Shown in pieces: positions 12,286-23,321 of a stretch of DNA of 64,000 nt. Within the stretch, counting starts at the first letter, position 1. Every line of letters starts with the position of its first letter. The notes below the pieces were generated by a model, which was not told the DNA's origin, ran no database searches, and saw nothing but the letters and a program-made list of their open reading frames with translations. The DNA is taken from assembly GCA_950097015.1 (NCBI GenBank), contig CATNEN010000038.1:29884001-29948000 (forward strand), in the 5' to 3' direction. Source of the stretch: Macrostomum hystrix. Lineage: Eukaryota > Animalia > Platyhelminthes. The position numbers and the translations under genes are program-made.

Positions 12286-13544
12286 TGGCTCCAACGTATC
12301 GCAGAGGTCAATATCCACCCCATTGTGCATATTTGTGAACTCATGCTTGCCACAAATTTAATTTCCGATTTCTAAATTAGATTCACACAGCAATGCCGCT
12401 TCCTTGTCACTTAGTACAACAACCGTCTACTTAAGTTGTTAATTGGTATTTTTACTTGATGCTACAAAAAACTGCCTTTGGGCAGACACATTGCTTCACT
12501 TTCATTCTGATTACAGTACTTGTTATTTCAGTATTCTACGAGTATATTCATGGCAAAGCAGTCTATGCTGAGTTAGATATAGCGATAGTTTCTATTGTTT
12601 AGCTTCCGAATGATATCGTATAAGCGTACACCTGGAACTACAAAGAGCATAGATTTACAGCTTGGTGTGTCTTAAAAGGATAATTATGTCACAGATTTTG
12701 GCGTTTTTTATAGCGTGATTTTTCTCGTTTGCAGTCTTTCGCTTTTTTTTAAATTAACTCAAAATTTAATTCGGCAGATTATCAGTGCTTCTGTCCAACT
12801 AACTCACAAACCTTGCCCGTTGCTCGATGTTTCAAAGTTGCGCGATTTATTTATGGCTAAACTTTTTGTTTCATAAGTGATTTTCCGACGAGTTTTAACT
12901 TTTAAAAATGTTTTCATATATCAATGACCGGTCGTTTGAGTGAACAGCGAAAAAATTATTTTTATAGACAATCATTACGCCTACCCGATTTTACTAAACT
13001 ACTAGTAGTAGCTTAAATGTAAATTTTAGAAGTTTTGTAGCTCGATAAAATGCTGAAATAGGAAATTGTTGGCTTTAACAAAATTCAAATTTTATTAATA
13101 TTCTTATTTTCATTCAAACACTTGTTTTATTTCTTAACAAATCGGACAGTTTTTCTAGAGATAACAACATTTTTAATAAAAAATATAAATTTGTTGTACT
13201 TGTTAATGTGTGTCTGCATTTTGGTACATTCTCTGAAAGTCATTTAAACCAGTAAAGTAAAACCAAAAACCCACTTCCGAAAACTTCACAATGGCAAATC
13301 GTCCTTATAGAAATGTTGCTTTTTTGTTATAAAATGTTTAAATTGTCCTAATGTTCTGTGCTGCTTTTAGGTTAATAGCCTGTACGTAGTTGCTCGCTTA
13401 TTGAAAGAAAATATATAGTAAGCTTTATAAAGGCGTCTTATTGATTTCTTGATGTGTACTTACATTTTTGGATGTAAAGAATAGTCAATTTAATCATCTT
13501 TTTTCTATTTCTTTCACAATATGCACACTTAAAATCATGCACAA

Positions 13545-15045
13545 AATCGTAGTAGGATTCTTAGGTCGTGAATCGCACGAATAATCCTAGTTAGAATCGC
13601 ACGAAGAATCAGAGTTGGAATCGTACGAAGAATCCTAGTTAGAATCGTACGAAGAATCCTAACTTGAATGGCACGAAGAATCCTAACTTGAATGGCACGA
13701 AGAATCCTAACTTGAATTGCACGAAGAATCCTAACTTGAATTGCACGAAGAATCCTAACTTGAATGGCACGAAGAATCCTAACTTGAATTGCACGAAGAA
13801 TCCTAACTTGAATTGGACGAAAAATCCTAGCTTGAATTGCACGAAGAATCCTAGCTTGAATTGCACGAAGAATCCTAACTTGAATTGCACGAAGAATCCT
13901 AGCTTGAATGGCACGAAAAATCTTAGCTTGAATTGCACGAAGAATCCTAACTTGAATTGCACGAAGAATCCTAGCTTGAATTGCACGAAGAATCCTAGTT
14001 AGAATCGCTCGAAGAATCATAGTTAGAATCGTACGAATAATCCTAGTTAGAATCGCACGAAGAATCATAGTTAGAATCGTACGAATAATCCTAGTTAGAA
14101 TCGCACGAAGAATCATAGTTAGAATCGTACGAATAATCCTAGTTAGAATTGCACGAAGAATCATAGTTAGAATCGCACGAAGAATCATAGTTAGAATCGC
14201 ACGAAGAATCATAGTTAGAATCGCACGAAGAATCCTAGTTAGAATCGTACGAAGAATCCTAGTTAGAATCGCACGAAGAATCCTAGTTAGAATCGCACGA
14301 AGAATCCTAGTTAGAATCGTACGAAGAATCCTAGTTAGAATCGTACGAAGAATCCTAGTTAGAATCGTACGAAGAATCCTAACTTGAATTGCACGAAGAA
14401 TCCTAGTTAGAATCGTACGAAGAATCCTAGTTAGAATCGTACGAAGAATCCTAGTTAGAATCGTACGAAGAATCCTAGTTAGAATCGCACGAAGAATCAT
14501 AGTTAGAATCGCACGAAGAATCATAGTTACAATCGCACGAAGAATCATAGTTACAATCGCACGAAGAATCATAGTTACAATCGTACAAAGAATCCTAGTT
14601 AGAATCGCACGAAGAAGCATAGTTAGAATCGCACGAAGAATCATAGTTACAATCGCACGAAGTATCATAGTTAGAATCACACGAAGAATCATAGTTGGAA
14701 TCGCACGAAGAATCATAGTTGGAATCGTACGAAGAATCCGAGTTAGAATCGCACGAAGAATCATAGTTAGAATCGCACGAAGAATCCTAGTTAGAATCGT
14801 ACGAAGAATCATAGTTAGAATCGCACGAAGAATCATAGTTAGAATCGCACGAAGAATCATAGTTAGAATCGTACGAATAATCCGAGTTAGAATCGCACGA
14901 AGAATCATAGTTAGAATCGCACGAAGAATTAAAGTTAGAATCGCACGAAGAATCCGAGTTAGAATCGCACGAAGAATCCGAGTTAGAATCGTACGAAGAA
15001 TCCTAGTTAGAATCGTACGAATAATCCTAGTTAGAATCGCATGAG
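13545..15045. repeat. 24-bp minisatellite (TAGTTAGAATCGCACGAAGAATCC/A) with variant blocks
   Basis: About 60 units; a variant block AACTTGAATTGCACG occupies ~13660-13990. Confidence 0.95.
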
Positions 15046-15166
15046 TAATCCTCTACTGTACGAACTGTACTTCATATTTTCAGTCAATGAAAGTTAAAAT
15101 CAACTATCGAAGAAGCAAGCTTACTACAAGCTTAAACATTTAGATGTGAAAAAATATAAAATTTTA

Positions 15167-15712
15167 AGCTAGAAACTGGTACGATTCCAAGCTAGAAACA
15201 GGTACGATTCCAAGCTAGAAACTGGTACGATTCCAAGCTAGAAACAGGTACGATTCCAAGCTAGAAACTGGTACGATTCCAAGCTAGAAACTGGTACGAT
15301 TCCAAGCTAGAAACTGGTACGATTCCAAGCTAGAATCTGGTACGATTCCAAGCTAGAAACTGGTACGATTCCAAGCTAGAAACTGGTACGATTCCAAGCT
15401 AGAAACTGGTACGATTCCAAGCTAGAAACAGGTACGATTCCAAGCTAGAAACAGGTACGATTCCAAGCTAGAAACAGGTACGATTCCAAGCTAGAAACTG
15501 GTACGATTCCAAGCTAGAAACTGGTACGATTCCAAGCTAGAAACTGGTACGATTCCAAGCTAGAAACAGGTACGATTCCAAGCTAGAAACAGGTACGATT
15601 CCAAGCTAGAAACTGGTACGATTCCAAGCTAGAAACTGGTACGATTCCAAGCTAGAAACTGGTACGATTCCAAGCTAGAAACTGGTACGATTCTAAGCAG
15701 GAAACTGGTATG
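15167..15712. repeat. 23-bp minisatellite (AAGCTAGAAACTGGTACGATTCC)n
   Basis: Direct tandem repeats. Confidence 0.95.
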
Positions 15713-16176
15713 ATTTGAGTACTTCTGACTGCTGCATTCATCCTAAGCTAACCTATGTTTCAAATGCGAGCTGAGTTAAAAAAGGCATAAGGTACTACTC
15801 CTATTTTTCCTTGTAAGTAGTTTATTATTTTTCTTAATGCGTACACTGTCAACTGTCAGGCTTCAGCGAGTCACGTACAAAGGTAAATGCGTAGTTTTGT
15901 ATTATTGTACAGTGCTTGTACTTGTACTAGAAGCACGAGGTTCATTCGTCAGCGGCTATTTAGCTTTATTATAGTCAAGAAAAATCTCGCCGAGATTGTG
16001 TGCCGTAGTCTTGGAGACTATGTGTGGGCTTCTATATTGTCCATCTACAAAACTCTCTTACCCGTCTACCCACCTTATACCCACCTCTCTTATCGTATTA
16101 AAAACATATAGCTCAGCCCTGAGCATGGCCATAGTTAAATTCAGTCTTTCAAATTATCCACGCAACGCAGCGCCCG

Positions 16177-16464
16177 ATGTCTGCGACAACGGGTCACGGC
16201 GACTACTTCGACGACGAAGGCCGAATAGACAGAGATCTGGCTGCGTTGGCCAGCTTTGGCCTAGACAGGGATCGAAGGATTCGAGAGCTGCTGGCGGTGA
16301 GCCAGTTCGGCAACAAATCTTCTGACGGTAGCAGTAGCACTGATATTGCAGCTGATGACACACAGCAGAAGCTGGAGGAACATCAGGAACGTCAGGAAGA
16401 TGCTGGCAGCAACAACAGACAGGCAGCTGAGTCGAAGGCTGGTGATAACTCGGGGTCTTCGTAG
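16177..16464 (+). CDS. possible small acidic protein, 95 aa, unknown function
   Basis: GC-rich coding-like island in AT-rich flanks; ATG ~30 nt after TTCAG (16144); no recognisable domain. Confidence 0.4.
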   Translation: MSATTGHGDYFDDEGRIDRDLAALASFGLDRDRRIRELLAVSQFGNKSSDGSSSTDIAADDTQQKLEEHQERQEDAGSNNRQAAESKAGDNSGSS

Positions 16465-17314
16465 AGAAAGCCAAGAGATTAAAAAATATGGACTCTGGAA
16501 TCTGATAGGAATCTAATTTTTTAATTTGATTGGCTAAGGCTGGTCACGTGATTGGTCAGAAGGCGGTAAGCAGCCGGTTTTTCCAGTACATGAAGTTTTC
16601 TAAAAATAGAAACATCTTTGTTATTATCTTCAGATTTGGAATGCTATTTCTGGCTAATGTCGAGTGCTTAGTATTTAGTCATAATAAAATTATTCAATTT
16701 GTGATTGACGAATATTCCAACGGAAAATTATTGCTGTTCATTGTTCTCATCAAGAACATATTCTTTAACAAACTACTCACTATTTGTAAGTAATATAAAA
16801 CGCATTTCAACAACCTTATCTATTTATATTCGTAAATATTTCACCGAAAAAAAATTGTTCAAATGGCTAGATAATTTTTGCTTTAACTGTAAATCACATT
16901 TTCTAGTTTGAAAACAATTAAATATTTTTATGAATGCTATTGTTCATCAAATTATTTTCGCTGTATTTAACACTCATATACGACTAAAATCATTAAAAAA
17001 CTACGAACACACGATCTGAAAGGAGCAAATCTTAATGGAACATGGTTATGAATAAAAAATGGTAAACTGTTTAAGCAACTAGTATTTATGTTAGCTATCA
17101 CATCAAACACAATGTTACTCACTATTTTATATTCTACAAAATGTCATAGCTTTGCTGAGAATTGAACTCCGGACGTCGTAAGTCAAAGTAAAAGTGCAAA
17201 GCTCTAAACAAACTTGTGCTGTTAAAATAGAAAACCTGTAGCATTGTTAAGGAAAATCTAGTTCAAAGACAGGGAAGCGTACAGTCAATAACTGGGTGTT
17301 GCGTAGAATTTTCT

Positions 17315-17762
17315 AGACGGGGCAGTGAAAAATTAGGGGGTGGGTGCTGAGAGGAAATTTCCAGACGGGGCAGTGAACAATTACAGGGGTGGGTGCTGAG
17401 AGGAAATTTCCAGACGGGGCAGCAATTAGGGGGTGGGTGCTGAGAGGAAATTTCCAGACAGGGCAGTGAACAATTAGGGGGTGGGTGCTGAGAGGAAATT
17501 TCCAGACAGGGCAGTGAACAATAAGGGGGTGGGTGCTGAGAGGAAATTTCCAGACGGGGCAGTGAACAATTAAGGGGTGGGTGCTGAGAGGAAATTTCCA
17601 GACGGGGCAGTGAACAATTAGGGGGTGGGTGCTGAGAGGAAATTTCCAGACGGGGCAGTGAACAATTAAGGGGGTGGATGCTGATAGGAAATTTCCAGAC
17701 GGGGCAGTGAACAATTAGGGGTGGGTGCTGAGTGGAAATTTCCAGACAGGGCAGCGTACAAT
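17315..17762. repeat. ~48-bp G-run minisatellite
   Basis: CCAGACGGGGCAGTGAACAATTAGGGGGTGGGTGCTGAGAGGAAATTT units. Confidence 0.95.
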
Positions 17763-17952
17763 TACCAATAGTCCGAAACTCTAAAGCAATTCAACTTCAC
17801 ATCACATGATTCGTCGCAAAAAATTTAACATTTTAAATTTCGCAAAGAATACAAAGTGTAATCTCTTACATGATAAAAATAATATGTCAACGCCTCAAAA
17901 AGTTACTTGTCGACGATATCAAAGTTATTTTTCAAGATTTCAAGAGATTCGT

Positions 17953-20900
17953 TCAGAGCTCAGCGAAGCGCAGCCGGTAGTCGGGCACGTGTCGGATCAG
18001 CACCAGCAGGTGGTCCGGGTCCACGTGGTCCAGCATGGCCTGGGCTCGGCTAGCCTGGTCTTCGCTGGCCTCGTCTCCGGCCGACTCCAGTTGAAAGTCG
18101 AAGCGCTGCATGAGGCGCACGAAGAAGATGAACAGCTCCATGCGGGCCAGGCTCTCGCCAAGGCAGGCCCGCTTGCCCGCCCCGAACTGGATCAGGCGCT
18201 GGCTGGCCTGCGGTGCAATGAAACGTTGCAATGAGAAGCGTTTGAGTCGTTAGAGAAGCGTTTGAGTCGATAGAGAAGCGTTTGAGTCGTTGGAGAAGAG
18301 TTTGAGTCCTTACAGAAGCGTTTGAGTCGTTGGAGAAGAGTTTGAGTCGTTTGAGTCATAAACGACGCGTTTCAAAAGACACTCCTAAAGCATTTTGTCA
18401 CGGTACTGTTGGCATTTATCGGGCCACTCAAGACTATTTTGTAGTCCACAGAAAGTGTTGATAATTGAATTTGAAGTGTTGCTTATCCCCAATTACCTGG
18501 AAGCGGCCCTCAGAGTCCAGGTGCCTCTCAGGCAGGAACCTGTCGGGCTCTGGAAAGTGCTCAGGATCCCGGTGGATGTGGTACATGTTGAACATCACGT
18601 AGCTGTCAGCAGGCAGACGGTAGCCGGCCACGCTGATGTCAGCTGTGACCCGGTGGACCAGACCGTTTGTGACCAGACTGGCCAGCCGCTGAACCTCCTC
18701 GAGAGTTGCCATGGTGAAGTGCAGCCTGGACTTGTCTGCCATGCACACCTGGCCCTGCCTGCCCAGCTGCTGGCGAATCTCGTCTCGGACCCTGGCAGCC
18801 ACAGTCGGGTTGGCCAGCATGTAGATTAGCGCCCAGCGTAAAGTTGTGGTTGTGGTCTCCGTGCCCGCCAGAAACAGGTCGAGGATGGATAAGCATAGTC
18901 GCTTGTTTGTGAAGATTCCTGTCAGTAAGAAAATCGGTGTGGTGCTTTGTTTTTTCGCCAACCAAGCAGAGAAAAGACAGTAAACAGACCGGCTCCAGTG
19001 TCGTCAGTTTTCTGATGCAGCTGCTGATGCTTCAGGTGAGCGTCGATGTAGTCCCGAGCTTCCGACGAAGCGGCGTCAATCATTTCAGCAGCGTGAGCGT
19101 CCACCTTGAAGGAGAAAGAAAAAAACACATTAGTATGAAAGACGCAAGACAGAACAGTAAGAAGGTGATGACCAATAACACGGACCTGTTTCTGGCAGAA
19201 GTCCAGCAGGTAATCCATAGACTGGATAATCCGCCTCATGCCAGGTAACTTGAACAGCAGCTTCATCAGCGGCAGGCATTTAACAGTCAGCGGCAGGAAG
19301 GCCATGGCTCGAAAGTTTTCCTCTTGAAAGCGCGGATCAGCCGTGAAGTCGTTGAAGGCTTCGAGGATGCGCTCGAACTCGGAGTTCTCCGAGGCAAGCC
19401 GACTGCCGAACACCAGCTGGCAGATGACGTTCGAGACGCTGCGACTTAGCGGCAGGCTGACGTCTATGGCCTGACCTCCTCGGGCTGCGATCTCGGCGCA
19501 GAGCTCGTCGGCCTCAAGCGTGATGCAGTGTTCGGCGCCCCGCCTGCCAAGGCCAAAGTCGCGCAGAGTCTGCAGGGTGAAGCGACGGTACTGCTTCCAC
19601 AGCTCGCCGTCGGGACCAACCAGACCTGAGCTCCGAACACAGGCAAGAGTTGGCTCTAGTTTAGTTAGAATTGTGTTCAGCAGCTTCAGTTAATAATTAG
19701 GCTAGATGAAGCTGCTGTACTTATACTCGTTGATCCAACGAGCTACAGAAAATGAAAATTAGCAACAAGACGAGAGCGTACAAGAAGAACAGTACAATAA
19801 TTTTTGCAGACCGTTGCAGGTGACAAGCGGGCGAAACCTATCGACGTTGCTGGCGATTCGGCCTGCAATCGCAACCATTCTAGCCGGTTTAGGAGCGTCC
19901 AACCGAATGGAAAATGTTACAAAAAATTTCACGGACTTCCTGGTGCGTACAAGTTCCACTACATAGTAGCTGTATTCTTTCGTCTGTGATTCCAAATCCA
20001 TAAAACTAACACTGGTATTATAAGTATGGAGTAATTATAAAGGACTATGACAGCTACTATAACTTTGCTGAAATAATTATGAAGCTATTGTAATTATTTC
20101 ACTATCTCTCAATGATCAACGTCAATACAAAGTTACAAACTCTTGACCGTTGAAATCAATGCCAGCACCATCTTCAGTTTCAAACTGCAGCACAATCTCG
20201 CGAATCTCCTTATTACTCAATACAAAACTTTTCACGGGATTTGGTTTCTCTACCAGCATCTCTCCACAAGGACGCATTGCTGTGTGTACATTTGAGAGGA
20301 AGGTGAAGCTTAACATGATCAACAATTCGTCCAGTAAAGTTAAGATATTTTTTCTAGGGGGGGGGGGTAAAAAATGGAAGCGATTGCTTAAAGACTAAAT
20401 AATATTATTTATAACTCTAAGGCAGGGGTCAGCAACCTCCGGCCCGCGGGCCAGATGCGGCCCTCGAAGCTCCCAAATCCGGCCCTTAGCTCCTCCTAAC
20501 ACCTACTCTACAGTACACCCAATCTCATCTCATCTCTCCCCTGTCTCATCTCTCCACTGTCTCATCTCTCCCCTGTCTCACCTCTCTCCTGTCTCATCTC
20601 TCCCCTGTCTCACCTTTCCCCTGTCTCATCTCTCCCCTGTCTCACCTTTCCCCTGTCTCACCTCTCCCCTGTCTCACCTCTCTCCTGTCTCACCTCTCTC
20701 CTGTCTCATCTCTCCCCTGTCTCACCTCTCTCCTGTCTTATCACTCCCCTGTCTCACCTCTCCTGTCTCACCTCTCTCCTGTCTCATCTCTCCCCAGTCT
20801 CATCTCTCCCCGGTCTCATCTCTCTCCCCTGTCTCATCTCTCCCCTGTCTGATCTATCACCTGTCTGATCTCTCACCTGTCTGATCTCTCATGTGTCTAA

Positions 20901-22357
20901 TCTCTCCCCTTTCTTCATGCGGCCCGCCGTCGTCTTTAAGATTCTCTCTTTAGCCCGCGGGGTATATAAGGTTGCCGACCCCTGCTCTAAGGAGAGCATT
21001 CCAATTACAATGAACCAAGCGGGATGTTCGTTGAAAAATGAGAGCTGCCGATTCGTTTGGATCCAGGTGCTAATTACCATGCCTATCTTAACGATTTCAC
21101 TGGCTGATTAAACGTTCCCCAATGTGACGGCAGCAAATAATAAGTTATATTACAAATGGAAAGATGCAGCGGTAGAAGCTGTGATATTCCATGTGAGCAC
21201 ACAGAGCGTGGACACCTATAACTATTTCTTGGAAAATGTTTTTACAAAGAGAAATCATTTTGAGACACCTGATGTCAGAAATCCGGAGAATAAACTATTC
21301 CCTGTTAAATTTTCCTATGATTTCACAGTGATGAGAGTGGTCATGCAGGTTCATAAAGATGCGGAAGTAAATTTTAAAGATGACACGTGGTATCATCTTA
21401 GGGAAATGGGATTCGAGAAGAAAGTTTATAAGGCGGAAGCACAGACTGCATCTCCTTCACCGGGGGCCGTTTCGAGGACCCAGCAAAGCAGTTTGTTCTT
21501 AGCACCCAATATCGCAGACATTGTAAAGGGTTTGAATATTCTAATGAGAAGTAATCTCAGTCTTAATTGGGTATTTAAGAAAAAGCGAACGAATACTTTG
21601 TGCAACATCTCAAACTCTGTTGCTGGAGGACAGATGCAGGTAGAGAACTCAAATCCAGTGAAAAGAATTGCATTGAGTAATAAGGAGATTCACGAGATTG
21701 TGCTGCAGTTTGAAACTGAAGATGGTACTGGCGTTCATTTCAACGGTGAGACGATTGGAAACATTTTTATTGGGAATTTTATTTCTTTTCTAGGGTAGAA
21801 GGGTTAAAGTTGTCGGTTGTGAAATTGGGTGTTAGTTTTATGGATTTGGAATCAGGGAAGAAAGAAGACAGCTTTGGTCTGGGGTAATGAGAATACTGGT
21901 TTGTGGATTGTAATTGTAATTTTGTCCTAGAATCCCTCCTTTTCATACTACTTAACAATGGCCCCTCCACTAATCCTAACAATGGCCACTTTAAATCACT
22001 AAATTTTAATACAAAAATCTACAACTGACCTCCGCTGCTACCGATTAACACTTCGATCGGCTTCTGAGTGACCCGACCACTGAGAGCTTCAGCATTGTCG
22101 ATCATGGCCTCCTTGAAGGCGGCGTAGCTGTTCAGGTAGTACATGCGACTGGGTCCCAGAAAGAACAGCACCACGTGGTCCTTGCCGAAGCGCTCGGACA
22201 TGAACCGGTACAGCGGCCGCCGAAGGTGCCGGAAGCTGCCGATGATCGGGTCGGAGCCGGGGCACGGCGGGTCGCCCTTCCGCGGCCGCGTCAGGCTGGA
22301 CAAATAGAAGAATAGCAGGGCGCCTGCAGATCCGACCAGCACTACTGGCAGTAGCAT
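17953..22357 (-). CDS. cytochrome P450, CYP2 clan, copy 1 (519 aa)
   Basis: Exons 22357-22030, 19625-19186, 19104-18990, 18918-18497, 18207-17953 sum to 1560 nt in frame. WKQYR, AGTETT, EVQR, PERH and [10 protein letters not shown] (heme Cys) motifs. Confidence 0.93.
20122..20290 (-). pseudogene. C-terminal fragment of a Polinton/adintovirus-type minor capsid (penton) gene, inverted paralogue of ~21625-21750
   Basis: [42 protein letters not shown] aligns with [41 protein letters not shown]. Confidence 0.65.
20423..20984. mobile_element. hAT (Charlie-like) MITE carrying an internal ~16-bp minisatellite
   Basis: TIRs CAGGGGTCAGCAACCT / AGGTTGCCGACCCCTG; perfect 8-bp TSD CTCTAAGG (20415-20422 and 20985-20992); (CTGTCTCATCTCTCCC)n at ~20520-20910. 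Confidence 0.92.
20995..21798 (+). pseudogene. near full-length Polinton/Maverick/adintovirus-type minor capsid (penton) gene, frameshifted at the 5' end
   Basis: Across frames: [33 protein letters not shown]...FPVKF...MGFEKKVY...[15 protein letters not shown]...[21 protein letters not shown]...[21 protein letters not shown]. This is the motif order I recognise from that family. Confidence 0.7.
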
Positions 22358-22680
22358 GGCTGCTTAGCTGGGACTTAGCTGCAATGCCACGGTTAAAAGA
22401 CAGTTTTCTACAGGAAAGTTTTTCAAATTGGAAGTGTTTTAAATACCTTTTTTTCTCTGCTGTAAAAACAGAAAAATTCAACCAATCGCCATGAAAATCC
22501 TCACCTCGGGCTATAATTTTCCTCTCTATCCGATAAAAAAACTTCCAGAATCACTAAGCATCGGCATCGTCGAGATATTCAACGATTCTCGCCGGTGTCT
22601 GGTGGCAAAAACCACCAAAATAAGCAGAATTTTTATGCTCACAAATTTACACCATCTAGTCATTTGGACCATCATTGCTG

Positions 22681-23025
22681 AATAATAATAATAATTACAG
22701 GAGGGCTGCGGGCAGTGGCACATCATTTATTGACACTAGACCCGCAGCCAGCGAGGAGGCAATTCTGCCCATTTCGCTGACTCTTGAACACACACGCACA
22801 CAGATACTGTACGCAGGCACACGCTCACGCAGGTGTGTACATCTGCCCGGACTTTCTCATCGTCAGGCAGTGTACATTTCACTGTGCCTTGGACGTTGGC
22901 CCTCAAGGGTGTAAATTGCACGACAAGCCCCGAAGCCTTCTCTCCGCCGGCTAAGCATTAAATAAATGTGGCCTCGCCGCGGAATCGAGCTCAGGGACCT
23001 CTGTGCAAGAGGTCAACACGTTAGG
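22681..23025 (-). mobile_element. SINE family A copy
   Basis: Reverse complement of 6912-7247 with (ATT)n tail. Confidence 0.85.
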
Positions 23026-23321
23026 CAGATCTGTTAAAATTGGAAGAACACCAGTAAACACTTTACCACTTGTATATTGTAATCAATCTAAAACAAGTAG
23101 CCACCTTTCCGAAAAATTTGAAAAACCAACAAATACTAAAAATAATGTCTAATGGAAAAACACTAATTAGGATGAAAATAATGCAAATGAAACTCTATTG
23201 AAGCAAAAATATCCTCCTCTATACTAAATCTCTAAATTCATGGTCTAAATGTAAAAGTTTGTTTGGTCATTTTGTGTTGCTAAAAAACGTCGAACAGCTC
23301 AGCGCAATATTAAACAGCGAC

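Noticed and set aside
13535-14908. Long repetitive ORFs (also 310, 2016, 11776, 28634, 31728, 31950, 33878, 58316-60634)
   Set aside because: They are translations of minisatellites, often open in several frames or on both strands
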